In this document: piece after piece, positions 44,023 to 53,779 of the stretch
Numbering within the stretch: the first letter of the stretch is position 1
How the letters are laid out: each line of letters begins with the position of its first letter
Source of the DNA: Candidatus Babelota bacterium
Lineage (GTDB): Bacteria; Babelota; Babeliae; Babelales; JACPOV01
Direction: 5' to 3'
NCBI GenBank assembly: GCA_016191325.1
Contig: JACPOV010000008.1
Coordinates: forward strand, 509,270 to 573,269
DNA length: 64,000 bases
Position numbers and translations under genes: made by a program
The notes under the pieces: generated by a model
The model's input: only the letters and a program-made list of their open reading frames with translations
Told to the model about the DNA's origin: nothing
The model's database searches: none

Positions 44023-44210
44023 ACCATGACCTTTCTAAATACCGCACTAATTTCTTTTGATTGAGAAGTTATTGAATGTTTTGCGTTAATGCAAGAATAT
44101 ATACTTTAATAATATCCTGAATTTCAAAAGGAGACAAGTTCAAGAACATTGATAAAATAGAGTCACCAGTGCAAAAAATAAGCACTTAACATTTGTTAAA
44201 AGAGGATCTT

Positions 44211-44675
44211 ATGAAGCCATTCTTTTCTCCTCGCGTGTTTTCTACATTGTTCCTATTAGCAGGGGCCCAATTAGCGTTATCTGCCATGAATCCGTTTTTA
44301 AAACCCCGTCAGTATCAAAAATCAAAGTCGTGCAAGCCTAAGAAAGTCTTTATTGAGTTAGTGGATTTCACGGACAATAATTATTTCCTTCATAAAGGTT
44401 GGTATGACGTTCAGGACTTACGGGATAATTTATCTAAAGAAGCGATCGAAAAAGCTGGCATTTTTTTTAAAGACTTCATGAGACTTTCAAAGGCACATCA
44501 ATGCTCCGCTTCATTGATGGCATTTCAAAAGCTCGGAATAAATAAGATTAGCAATTTTAAACAAGCGCAAGAATTAAAAAACATTATTTATGAATTAACC
44601 TCTTCAGCCTGCTGTCTTCCTGTGTGCAGTCCTACAGATGAATTATCTTTACGAAAAAAAGCGGGAATTGAATGA
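44211..44675 (+). CDS. hypothetical secreted protein
   Basis: ATG at 44211 with an AAGAGGA RBS. Signal MKPFFSPRVFSTLFLLAGAQLALSA. No family recognised. Confidence 0.55.
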   Translation: MKPFFSPRVFSTLFLLAGAQLALSAMNPFLKPRQYQKSKSCKPKKVFIELVDFTDNNYFLHKGWYDVQDLRDNLSKEAIEKAGIFFKDFMRLSKAHQCSASLMAFQKLGINKISNFKQAQELKNIIYELTSSACCLPVCSPTDELSLRKKAGIE

Positions 44676-44781
44676 CCATGGAGGTTTTGCTCTACCGGGG
44701 CCTGGAAATTTACAAATTCGGGATGTTCAAGTAAACTGCACATATGCAACTAACATTTCTCAATCCTTCATCTTGAATATC

Positions 44782-46611
44782 ATGGATATAAAAAAAATAA
44801 AATTACAAGATTTTACGCCAGACCGTATTCGCAATTTCTCGATTATTGCTCACATCGATCATGGAAAATCGTCACTTTCCGATCGCTTGCTTGAAACCAC
44901 CGGCACTCTTTCAAATCTTAAGCATCACGAACAGTTTCTTGATAAACTGCAGGTGGAGAAAGAAAGAGGTATCACCGTCAAAGCCCAAACCGCTTCGATG
45001 TTTCACACCTATAAGGGAAAAACGTATCTTTTAAATTTAATTGATACTCCGGGACACGTAGATTTTAGTTATGAAGTTTCTCGGTCATTGTACGCCTGTC
45101 AGGGTGCGCTTTTGCTCGTTGATGCTTCGCAAGGTGTAGAAGCTCAAACTATTGCAAACTTTTACTTAGCATTTGAGCAAGGACTTTCTATTATTCCAGC
45201 AATTAATAAAGTTGACCTTGCTACGGCCGATCTGCCACGAGTTCTTGGCGAAATGAAAAAAATGTTCGATTTTGATGAACCCGAGGTAATCGGAACATCT
45301 GCAAAATCTGGAATCGGGATTCAGCAAATATTAGATGCGGTGATTGAACGCATTCCGGCGCCAGAAAGTTCACTCGATAAGCCGCTTAAGGCACTTCTCT
45401 TTGATTCATGGTTTGATGAGTACAAAGGAGTCGTTTGTCTTTTAGCAATCAAAGATGGAAAAATTAGCAAAGGCGATATTATTGAGCTGGCACACTCAAA
45501 CGTGCAATACGAAGTTTTAGAACTCGGGTTAATGTATCCGGATCAAACGCCAATGGAATCGCTTTATGCGGGCCAAGTGGGCTATCTAATTTCTGGTATG
45601 AAAACCGTTAAAGAAGCGCGCATTGGGGATACAATTTATCAAGCACGCAAAGAAGTGGTACCATTTCCAGGCTTCAAACCTGCAAAACCAATGGTATTCG
45701 CGGGTATCTACCCGATTGATAATACCGAATTCGAGTTATTGCGAACCGCCATTGAAAAATTAACACTCAACGATGCAAGCGTAACGGTCGAGAAAAAAAC
45801 TTCTGTAGCGTTGGGGCTCGGATTCAAATGTGGGTTTCTGGGGTTGCTTCATATGGATGTTTTCAAGCAGCGCCTTGAACAAGAATACGGCATCACCGCA
45901 ATTGTTACCGCGCCCAGCGTTCTTTACAAAATTCGCAAATCGCATACCAACGAAATAGTAAATATAGAAAGTCCTGCTGATTTTCCTGATCCGAGCCAGA
46001 TTGAAGAAGTAATGGAGCCGGTGATTAACGCAACCATTATCGTTCCTAAAGAATACTTGGGCGGTATCATCAAACTTTGTCAGGATAAACGTGGCGTGCA
46101 GAAGGAACTTTCTTATTTGAGCGAAGATCGCGTTATTATGCATTATTCGCTTCCGCTCAATGAAGTTGCCACCGATTTTTATGATCAACTTAAATCGATC
46201 AGTTCAGGATACGCTAGCTTTGATTATGAAGAAGCTGGGTTCCAGCCGGGTGATTTGGTTAAGATGGACGTGCTCTTAAATGGTAAACCGGTAGACGCAC
46301 TCTCATCTATTGTGCACAGCGATAAAGCGTATCAAGAAGGCAAAGATTTGGTTGCGCGCCTTAAAGAAGTGATTAAACGTCAGCTCTTTGAAGTGGCAAT
46401 TCAAGCCGCGATCGGTGCCAAAATTATCGCACGAGAATCGATTTCTGCATTACGAAAAAACGTTACCGCAAAATGTTATGGCGGCGATATTTCTCGTAAA
46501 CGCAAGCTGCTTGAAAAGCAGAAAGAAGGAAAAAAGAAAATGAAGCAAGTTGGTAGCGTTGAGGTACCGCATGAAGCGTTCCTTGCTATCTTAAAAAAAT
46601 CGGATTCGTAA
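44782..46611 (+). CDS. lepA: elongation factor 4 (LepA)
   Basis: NFSIIAHIDHGKSSLSDRL, DTPGHVDF, NKVD, C-terminal LepA_C. Start trimmed to the ATG at 44782, which gives a typical length of about 609 aa. Confidence 0.95.
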   Translation: MDIKKIKLQDFTPDRIRNFSIIAHIDHGKSSLSDRLLETTGTLSNLKHHEQFLDKLQVEKERGITVKAQTASMFHTYKGKTYLLNLIDTPGHVDFSYEVSRSLYACQGALLLVDASQGVEAQTIANFYLAFEQGLSIIPAINKVDLATADLPRVLGEMKKMFDFDEPEVIGTSAKSGIGIQQILDAVIERIPAPESSLDKPLKALLFDSWFDEYKGVVCLLAIKDGKISKGDIIELAHSNVQYEVLELGLMYPDQTPMESLYAGQVGYLISGMKTVKEARIGDTIYQARKEVVPFPGFKPAKPMVFAGIYPIDNTEFELLRTAIEKLTLNDASVTVEKKTSVALGLGFKCGFLGLLHMDVFKQRLEQEYGITAIVTAPSVLYKIRKSHTNEIVNIESPADFPDPSQIEEVMEPVINATIIVPKEYLGGIIKLCQDKRGVQKELSYLSEDRVIMHYSLPLNEVATDFYDQLKSISSGYASFDYEEAGFQPGDLVKMDVLLNGKPVDALSSIVHSDKAYQEGKDLVARLKEVIKRQLFEVAIQAAIGAKIIARESISALRKNVTAKCYGGDISRKRKLLEKQKEGKKKMKQVGSVEVPHEAFLAILKKSDS

Positions 46612-46628
46612 AAAAAAGGGAATACGAA

Positions 46629-47723
46629 ATGAAAACGGAGAAGCAGCTGGTTGAAGGAAATGAAGCCAATATAGTTTCCGGCAATTTTTTCATTTTCTAC
46701 GCATTTGATGTGGGAGAGGATATTGCGCTCAACAAAGTTGAAGCAAGCAATGAACTCTTAATTAAACAACATACTCTTTCTAAATATTTTAAAAATTACC
46801 ATATCCCTCTGGCAGTTGACCTTCCCCAAGCGTCTGCCAACTCCAAATGCATTAAGGCAACGCTGCATGGTTTTGGTGTTATTTCTCTCGTTTACAAGGT
46901 GCCTTTTAAAGACACGTTGGAGACGATGAAAAAAACGCTCAATACGCTGGACGCGGAATTTCGCGAACAAAGTATTGCTGATGCACATGCTATATTTAGC
47001 AAAATAAAAAATTATATTAAGCAGGCGAGATTCTTTCATTTGCGCAATTCGTACGTAGTAATACAAGTTGATCAAGATCCACAATTGAGCGTGATCGACC
47101 TTAAGCAAAACCATGGCAGCACGATCGTTTCCCTGTTGCAGTTTGAAACGGAAAGCCTTTCGGAATATCAAAAAGATGCGATCATGGAATCGGCGACCGG
47201 TTACTATCGTGGAGATTTAATTATCATTGATACAGCTGCAGCGTTTGTTTATGACGAAGATTATGTTGAAATTCTAGATCTTTTTGAATTTGCAAATATT
47301 CAGCAATTAGAATTGCATTATTACGACCGCATTCTCGATCAACAACTTAATGTAGTCTATCAACAAGAAGCGTGGACCCTACCGCTCACCGCCTATATTC
47401 CGTTTATTAGTTCTCTCGCAAAAGATCCAGTTAGTAATCTTGATCGGCTCAAAGTAGAAATTTCAGTCATTATTGAGCGCATTGAAAGTAGCGTAAAAAT
47501 TGCGGGGGATGTTTACGTCGCGGAAACTTATACACTGCTCGTCGAAAAACTCGATCTGAAAACGTGGAAAGACTCGCTCAATACAAAACTCGATATTATC
47601 AAAGATGTACTTTCCGTCTATCAAAGCAAAATCGATACAACGCGCGAAGATTTACTTTCGGTACTCGTTATCGTATTGATTTTTATTGAGCTCGTGGTTG
47701 GTATTTTGAGTTATTTAAAATAA
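46629..47723 (+). CDS. hypothetical protein with C-terminal TM helix, possibly RMD1/DUF155-like
   Basis: 364 aa. The C-terminal pattern LNTKLDIIKDVLSVYQSK...LLSVLVIVLIFIELVVGI resembles the DUF155 tail. This is recalled from memory only. Confidence 0.45.
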   Translation: MKTEKQLVEGNEANIVSGNFFIFYAFDVGEDIALNKVEASNELLIKQHTLSKYFKNYHIPLAVDLPQASANSKCIKATLHGFGVISLVYKVPFKDTLETMKKTLNTLDAEFREQSIADAHAIFSKIKNYIKQARFFHLRNSYVVIQVDQDPQLSVIDLKQNHGSTIVSLLQFETESLSEYQKDAIMESATGYYRGDLIIIDTAAAFVYDEDYVEILDLFEFANIQQLELHYYDRILDQQLNVVYQQEAWTLPLTAYIPFISSLAKDPVSNLDRLKVEISVIIERIESSVKIAGDVYVAETYTLLVEKLDLKTWKDSLNTKLDIIKDVLSVYQSKIDTTREDLLSVLVIVLIFIELVVGILSYLK

Positions 47724-47726
47724 TAT

Positions 47727-49340
47727 TCAGTCTAACGACTTAGCCCATTCAGTATTTTTAGCATTGACAAAGCGAGCGAGAAGGACCATTTGGGTTAATC
47801 TTTCTCTGCGTTTAAAATTACTCATAGCCTGTACCTCTCGGTCGGTTAGTTTTTCACCAATAGGTAGAAGTGAGTTTGAGATATGCGCAATGCTTGTTTC
47901 GTATTTTTTATAGGTTTCATTCGCAATATCTTCAACGGAATAATTCTCGGTTTCAATGGTCAGGGGATCAAAAATATCAGATACAAACTTTTTTGCTTGA
48001 ATAGATTTTGTGTGATTAGGTACTAACGAGTTTGCAACATGGGTTGTACCAATATGTTTGTTCTTTAGGCCTTTTCTGCTAACCATTTTATATTGGTCAA
48101 GCCAATGATCGCAAAGCATTAAATTAATCTTAGCCTCATCCATATCCGCTATCAGTTCTTTTTCTTTTTTTAATTTTTTTCTCGCTTCCATAACCGCTGG
48201 AATTCGAGAAGGAGCATCTGCAAGGCGTTGCATTAACTCGGTGCGCCTTTTGCTATCGGCTTCATTTATACCCTTGTCCGGAGAAATAACGAGCGCATTT
48301 TTTTTTCGCAAAATCGGCTCTCGTCTTTTGAGTTCTTCTTCAGATTCGTGACCATGCGCTCCGAGCAGTTTTAGGTCTAGGGTGATATCATCTGCGGCGA
48401 GTGGTTGATTAATGCTGAGAAAATGATTGGTTTTGCGTACCTCATTAATCAATTCCTCCCGAATAATCATCAAATTTTGTATTACACTATTTGTATAATC
48501 TTCTCTGTTTTTATCAATTTTTTTTGTTTCTTCCGCGCTAGAAATATAAAATGGAATGTATGGTTCAAATCTAAAGTGAGTAGGGTTCAGAGTACTATTA
48601 CGATTCGCAACTGCATCGCTCCAGTCACCAATTATTTTGGCCGCAAGAAGATTCCACTCCTTGCCCACAAGAGGCTTAGAAATCTGCGCAAACAACGTTT
48701 GTTTAATTTCTTGCTCTAATATCTGTAGCGATTTTCTTTTTTCTTTCGTCTGCAATTTCGGATTTTGGATAATATCTTGTACCGCATCCTGCACTTGCTT
48801 GCTATTGGCTAAACTGTGATAAGCCCTTCTGAATTCTTCCTGATCAACGACTTTGGGCCAAGAGGTTAGGACCGTGACATATAAAGTAGCTAAAATGCTT
48901 ACCGAGTTCATTGCGTTTGATTTGAATAATTCAGACACGATCGGTTTTATTTCGGGATCGCTAGCAATAAAAAGTGCATCTTTTTTATTTGCGATGTTTT
49001 CTGTTATTGCATGAATAATAGAATCTTGACTCCCGTCAACTTTTGAAAAATCAATGTCCTCAATTAATTTAACTAAAAATTCCGATCCAGGCCCAGCGTT
49101 TGCAGATTTGTTAGAAATTTTTTTAAAAAGCAGAGCATAGAGTTCACTTTCCCGTGGTGTCAATCCAAAATGAGCAAACCACATCGCATGCTGCTTCTTT
49201 TTCAACAATCTGGCTTGCTTTAATTGCTCTTGATAGCCGCTATTAACGATTCTATTATATATTCCCTTGATATTAATTGCATAAGCTGAACTGGCAATCA
49301 ATTGAAGGATAAAAAAAATTCCCACCCTAAAAATAATCAT
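47727..49340 (-). CDS. hypothetical secreted protein
   Basis: 537 aa. Signal MIIFRVGIFFILQLIASSAYA. Helical, with no family recognised. Confidence 0.65.
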   Translation of the reverse strand: MIIFRVGIFFILQLIASSAYAINIKGIYNRIVNSGYQEQLKQARLLKKKQHAMWFAHFGLTPRESELYALLFKKISNKSANAGPGSEFLVKLIEDIDFSKVDGSQDSIIHAITENIANKKDALFIASDPEIKPIVSELFKSNAMNSVSILATLYVTVLTSWPKVVDQEEFRRAYHSLANSKQVQDAVQDIIQNPKLQTKEKRKSLQILEQEIKQTLFAQISKPLVGKEWNLLAAKIIGDWSDAVANRNSTLNPTHFRFEPYIPFYISSAEETKKIDKNREDYTNSVIQNLMIIREELINEVRKTNHFLSINQPLAADDITLDLKLLGAHGHESEEELKRREPILRKKNALVISPDKGINEADSKRRTELMQRLADAPSRIPAVMEARKKLKKEKELIADMDEAKINLMLCDHWLDQYKMVSRKGLKNKHIGTTHVANSLVPNHTKSIQAKKFVSDIFDPLTIETENYSVEDIANETYKKYETSIAHISNSLLPIGEKLTDREVQAMSNFKRRERLTQMVLLARFVNAKNTEWAKSLD

Positions 49341-49348
49341 TTGTATCC

Positions 49349-49870
49349 CTACGAAACAATCGTTACTTTTGCCGGACGTAAAACCTGATTATTAAGCATA
49401 TAACCTTTTTGGAGAACCGCCGCAATAGATCCTGATTCTTTTCCATCGCTAGCTTGCACGCTCATTACCGCTTCATGAAAATTGGGATTGAATACTGCAT
49501 TATCAGTAATTTCTTTTACCCCAAATTTCTCGAGCAACTTTTGTAAGTTTTTTCTAATCAATGAAAAACCTTCAAGATGTGCGGCCATTGTTTTATCGGT
49601 CATTGCATTGTCGCTTAATGCACGATCAAAATTATCGACAATATCGAGCAGCGGCACTAACAAACTTTTTTGCATCCCAAACATCACTGCAGCTTGTTCT
49701 TTTTCCAAACGCTTTTTAAAGTTTTCAAAATCAGCATTAAGAAGAGCGTAATTACGTTTGATCTCAGCCAATTGCGTTTCGCAAGTAACTAAAGCTTTCT
49801 CGCTTGCTTGATTGCCTTCTGTAACGTTGGTTTCATCTTGCACTTGATTATGCATCGCAGAATTATCCAT
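49349..49870 (-). CDS. grpE: nucleotide exchange factor GrpE
   Basis: Coiled-coil LLNADFENFKKRLEKE and a C-terminal beta-domain GYMLNNQVLRPAKV. Confidence 0.9.
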   Translation of the reverse strand: MDNSAMHNQVQDETNVTEGNQASEKALVTCETQLAEIKRNYALLNADFENFKKRLEKEQAAVMFGMQKSLLVPLLDIVDNFDRALSDNAMTDKTMAAHLEGFSLIRKNLQKLLEKFGVKEITDNAVFNPNFHEAVMSVQASDGKESGSIAAVLQKGYMLNNQVLRPAKVTIVS

Positions 49871-49908
49871 AGATATACCTTTTGCAATTTTTTTGTGTCT
49901 TTCTCGTT

Positions 49909-49936
49909 AGTATACCACATGATCAATACGTGACAA
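49909..49936 (-). promoter_or_regulatory. sigma70-like promoter for grpE
   Basis: On the minus strand: TTGTCA, a 16-nt spacer, then TATACT. About 40 nt upstream of the grpE ATG. Confidence 0.4.
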
Positions 49937-50065
49937 CTCTGCCTTTTTAGTATATCTATAATACGCATGCGTTTGACCAGAAAAAATTATTTGCTTAGAA
50001 ATAGTTTTTGGTTTCAACCATAGTGAATAAAATTGCCAATCAGGCAACATTAAGGATATGAACAC

Positions 50066-51343
50066 ATGAAGGCGAACATTCGTTGCCTGCTTGCACTATT
50101 TTTATTTTTTTGCTCACAATCAATGCTGCCTATTGATAACCCACATTTTTATCGCGCTCTTAGATTTTGGGATGAACCCCGCTTTGAGCGAGATAAATTG
50201 AGTTCATGGCAAGTTAATAGCGGATTTGCACGCACCAGCCACTCGCGGGATGATAGCGGAAAAATAAGTCCGCTTTTTGATATTATTGGCCCACAAAATA
50301 TGCAATTTCTCGGATCAAATCTGCCCAATCTTGATCCAGCAAATCCGATTGATCAGATTTTAATAGCATTAGCCGCACTGCCGCACAATGGTACTTTTGG
50401 GAAACTTTCGTTTACTGGAAATTTTGCGCTCTTTGAATGTATCGGCGAGTATTATCAAAATTTATTCAATGGCTTCTTTCTTCAATTTCACATGCCACTT
50501 ATTCGTTCACTCACCATTTCCAATATTCATTTCGAAGATCTTTCCCCAACAGACAATAGTTTCCCGAATATAACAACTCCCGAATGGCAAGCGTTACTTG
50601 ACGATTTAGGGCCAATTTTTAGTCGTTACGGCGTACGTTTTAAGCCGACATCGCACAGAACCGGCATTGGCGACTTTTCATTTCTCGCGGGTTGGGCCGG
50701 CACCTACCAAGATAGCTGTGTGTTAGATTTTCTTGATGCGAGCGCAAAAATCGGTGTTCTTTTTCCTACCGCGCAAACGACAAACATCGATCAACCTTTT
50801 GATCTCCCGCTAGGTTATAACGGGCACTATGGATTACCATTAAAATTCGATTGCGCCGTTGGTTTTTTTGATTGGGTAACGATCGGTTTTCATAGTGGCG
50901 CATTATTTCTTTTTAAAAAGGATAGAACATTGCGCCTCAAAACTGCTGAACAACAAAATGGATTTATTCTGCTCGCGCAAAACAAAGTAGAAATCGACCC
51001 TGGAACTATTTGGGAGTTAGGATCTTATTTTAAAGCGGATCACTTCGTTCGCGGTCTATCGCTTTTGGCAGGATATTCATTTACCAAGCGCGATGCTGAT
51101 TCACTTGAGCTTAAAATGGGCGGGAATGGTTTTGATGAAGTTATTATCAACTCTGATGAACGGCTACGCGGCTGGAACATGCACACGGTTCATGCAATGA
51201 TAGAATATGATTGTGCCGACACGCTACGAGATGTTGGCCCGCGCATTGGATTCTGGTTTGATATCATCGCTGGCGGGCGCCGCATTTTTAATGCGCATCT
51301 TTATGATTTAATGCTCGGCCTTGATTGCGCCTGGGTATACTAA
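50066..51343 (+). CDS. putative outer-membrane beta-barrel protein
   Basis: 425 aa. Signal MKANIRCLLALFLFFCSQS. Alternating aromatic/Gly strands with a C-terminal ...LDCAWVY. The CIGEYYQNLF block resembles FIGEYGQTF of 27398..28957. Confidence 0.55.
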   Translation: MKANIRCLLALFLFFCSQSMLPIDNPHFYRALRFWDEPRFERDKLSSWQVNSGFARTSHSRDDSGKISPLFDIIGPQNMQFLGSNLPNLDPANPIDQILIALAALPHNGTFGKLSFTGNFALFECIGEYYQNLFNGFFLQFHMPLIRSLTISNIHFEDLSPTDNSFPNITTPEWQALLDDLGPIFSRYGVRFKPTSHRTGIGDFSFLAGWAGTYQDSCVLDFLDASAKIGVLFPTAQTTNIDQPFDLPLGYNGHYGLPLKFDCAVGFFDWVTIGFHSGALFLFKKDRTLRLKTAEQQNGFILLAQNKVEIDPGTIWELGSYFKADHFVRGLSLLAGYSFTKRDADSLELKMGGNGFDEVIINSDERLRGWNMHTVHAMIEYDCADTLRDVGPRIGFWFDIIAGGRRIFNAHLYDLMLGLDCAWVY

Positions 51344-51348
51344 AACAT

Positions 51349-51384
51349 CCCCACTTGATGACAAAGTCATGCCGCGGGGACCCC
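51349..51384. repeat. GC-rich structured intergenic repeat (CCCCAC-hairpin-GCGGGGACCCC), copy 1
   Basis: CCCCACttgaTGACAAAGTCATGCCGcGGGGACCCC. It shares 16 nt exactly with 56344-56359 (reverse complement) and GCGGGGACCCC with 59017-59027. Confidence 0.6.
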
Positions 51385-51498
51385 AAATTTCATCCGAAAA
51401 AGCATAGCTTTGTTTCCGAAATAATTAAAATCATCAGAAATATACGGGACTTTTCGTACTAAGTACCCGGCATAGCTTTAGCGTAGATGGGTATCAAA

Positions 51499-51978
51499 CT
51501 ATTCAAGTAATGCTATTTCATCGCGCGATTCGCGAAGAAATTCAAGGTCCATGCGCATTTCTTCAAATCGTTTACTAAAAATAGAAATATCTTCTCCGGT
51601 ACAGTCTTTAATTTTCTGGCACACCAGACGATATTTATTTGCAAGTACCGTAACCATTCGCATTAAGTAAATCGTGTCTTCTGGTAAAAAAGAGGCCGCT
51701 TCAGGGCAATTAAAAACCATACGCTTCACTTCATGAACTAATTGCTCAAGATTTTTCTTTAATAGTGGAATTTTTTCCGCTAGTTGTTCAAACGGTTCAT
51801 GCGTTAAATAAAGATCAAGATCGCTCCATACGCTTTTGCAGATAGCCTCAATATGGTAAAATTGGCTGTAGGGATAAAGATATTCGGTTGAAACGGCAAC
51901 CATATCGGTAAACGGGTACTCAGCAGCGCTCAATTGAAAAAAAAGAAGAAAAAGTACTATTGATTTCAGGTGTTTCAT
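51499..51978 (-). CDS. hypothetical secreted protein
   Basis: ATG at 51978 with a GGAG RBS. Signal MKHLKSIVLFLLFFQLSAA. Confidence 0.55.
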   Translation of the reverse strand: MKHLKSIVLFLLFFQLSAAEYPFTDMVAVSTEYLYPYSQFYHIEAICKSVWSDLDLYLTHEPFEQLAEKIPLLKKNLEQLVHEVKRMVFNCPEAASFLPEDTIYLMRMVTVLANKYRLVCQKIKDCTGEDISIFSKRFEEMRMDLEFLRESRDEIALLE

Positions 51979-52115
51979 GTTCAGACTCCACTTAACCTCA
52001 AATGTTGCCTCATCATCTCCAGAATGCATTATTTATTTTCTAATTGTCAATTAAAAATAAATAGAAGCTCCTAGATGAGCGGCTTTCACACAAAAAAAGA
52101 CGGCGAAATAATTAT

Positions 52116-52715
52116 TTATGGAGTAAGGGCAATAAAAACCCGCGATGAGAACGCTCTAAACTCTTGGTATGCTATAAAACAACAGCCAAAAAAAGCGGCA
52201 GTTTTAACGTAACCAGAAACAATATAATATGGCCGAGAGCATTCATTCTTATAGAGGCCTCCAAGATCCGGCACCGACCGGCTCACTTTATGCAAGGCTC
52301 TCATATCTGTATTAAGTGGAGACCTGGGGCCAATGAGCTTAGGCCATCCAGTTAAACCGTGGCCGATACTTTCCATGTACGCCGCATTATTTCTCTGTCT
52401 GTCGGCTGGTACTTGTAAAAATTGATCTCGAACTCGATGATATAGGAAATTTGTTTCTAAAGCATAGGTCGCGTAAATTTGTTTTGAACTTTGTTTGTAT
52501 ACTTTCCGTAGACGGTAAATTTCTACATCGCTGCCAATAACTAAATTTCCTTGAGAAAGCCGCATAAGATAATCAACCGTTTTTTGAATCTGCACTGGCT
52601 CTTGAGAAAAGAAATTTTCCCAGGGAACGATAATTGAAGATTTATCGTCCATGCAACGTATATCGTTGTATGACGTTAAAACAATTATAATTAAAAAAAT
52701 AAGGCCACTATTCAT
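52116..52715 (-). CDS. hypothetical exported protein with C-terminal hydrophobic segment
   Basis: 199 aa. N-terminal MNSGLIFLIIIVLTSY. C-terminal VKTAAFFGCCFIAY. Confidence 0.55.
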   Translation of the reverse strand: MNSGLIFLIIIVLTSYNDIRCMDDKSSIIVPWENFFSQEPVQIQKTVDYLMRLSQGNLVIGSDVEIYRLRKVYKQSSKQIYATYALETNFLYHRVRDQFLQVPADRQRNNAAYMESIGHGLTGWPKLIGPRSPLNTDMRALHKVSRSVPDLGGLYKNECSRPYYIVSGYVKTAAFFGCCFIAYQEFRAFSSRVFIALTP

Positions 52716-52718
52716 AAA

Positions 52719-53225
52719 TTATTTCAAATTACTCAAAGTTACCATTGCTCCACCAATAGCACCGACTATTAAACTGCAAAAAGCTGTCGTATTGGGTACT
52801 GTGGCGCAGTGCTTTACCTTCCAATCAAATAATTTTTTTTCGTCATCATTAGTTTGCTCGACCGAACATTCGTAGATGTCATCTATTAGATATCCATTGA
52901 ATCGCACATCAAAAAACCAACCGTTTTTTATAAATCGAATGTTAGCGATAGTTCCATTTTTTTCTAAGTTACATGCTTCTAGTACCCTATCGCACTCTCG
53001 TTGATTAGATTTTGATTGCCCGAGAGCATGCGTTATTTCATAGTAACTTTTGAACTCTTTGTTTATTTCTTTTTCAAATTTTTTTGGAGTATAGGTGCGT
53101 AGGATTTTTAATTTTTTATCGAAATCATCAGCCCAAGTCACGCTTTTAGGTTTTTTTTCCATGGGAAAAATTGCATGTGTAGTTGATACTATCAATAATA
53201 TAAGAATTATGGTGCAGCTTTTCAT
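52719..53225 (-). CDS. hypothetical exported protein with C-terminal anchor
   Basis: ATG at 53225 with a GAGGA RBS. Signal MKSCTIILILLIVSTTHA. C-terminal AFCSLIVGAIGGAMVTL. Confidence 0.55.
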   Translation of the reverse strand: MKSCTIILILLIVSTTHAIFPMEKKPKSVTWADDFDKKLKILRTYTPKKFEKEINKEFKSYYEITHALGQSKSNQRECDRVLEACNLEKNGTIANIRFIKNGWFFDVRFNGYLIDDIYECSVEQTNDDEKKLFDWKVKHCATVPNTTAFCSLIVGAIGGAMVTLSNLK

Positions 53226-53226
53226 C

Positions 53227-53658
53227 TTAGTCCTCGAGCTCTTGATTTTTTTTGCGTTTCTTTTCATCAGGCTCAGCCAGTTCTTCATCTTGGCAACGCT
53301 TCAAACAAACTTTATGCACAATAGTGCCGTCTTTTTTTATGTTGAACATAATTTTTTTGCCTGATGCTTCCATATCGCAAACCTTATGCGTAGGATCAAA
53401 TCCAAAGAGCTTGAGCAACTCTCCCGTCTCTCTCTTTTTTTTAAAGAGCACCCCAGTCGAGAGGTTCAATACTGTAGAAAATTGTTCATCGGGTGTTGAT
53501 AAACGAAATTCTTCTGCCTGCGTCCGCAAATAACGCGGGTTACTCCTTACTTCTGCTACTTTGGCCCATGAAACGCGCTTTTTTTGCTTTGCTTGCTCCA
53601 TTCCTGAGAGCTGAAACGAAATTACTACCCACCCCAATAATGCATGCATTAGATTCAT
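53227..53658 (-). CDS. hypothetical exported basic protein
   Basis: ATG at 53658 (AGGGA RBS), because the upstream GTG start lies inside a terminator hairpin. N-terminus MNLMHALLGWVVISFQLSG. Lys-rich acidic tail. Confidence 0.5.
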   Translation of the reverse strand: MNLMHALLGWVVISFQLSGMEQAKQKKRVSWAKVAEVRSNPRYLRTQAEEFRLSTPDEQFSTVLNLSTGVLFKKKRETGELLKLFGFDPTHKVCDMEASGKKIMFNIKKDGTIVHKVCLKRCQDEELAEPDEKKRKKNQELED

Positions 53659-53710
53659 TGCGTGATCCCTAAAATAGTTCGTCCATAAGAATGAATAGTA
53701 TAACGCAAGA

Positions 53711-53741
53711 AATAAAAAAGGTGGCGTTAAAGCCACCTTTT
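53711..53741 (-). terminator. rho-independent terminator of 53780..54229
   Basis: Perfect 9-bp stem AAAGGTGGC-gttaaa-GCCACCTTT, with a T-run on the minus strand. Confidence 0.65.
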
Positions 53742-53779
53742 AAAATAAAGACTTATTTTTTGCCAATCAAACTAACGAA

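Noticed and set aside
44638-44781. 48-codon N-terminal extension of lepA in the ORF track
   Set aside because: It overlaps the preceding gene and is absent from typical LepA proteins. The ATG at 44782 gives the canonical N-terminus just before NFSIIAHIDHGKS.
53659-53736. N-terminal extension of ORF 53227..53736 from a GTG start
   Set aside because: The GTG lies inside the terminator hairpin of the upstream gene (53711-53741). An ATG at 53658 with an AGGGA RBS gives a signal-like N-terminus, so I trimmed the start.
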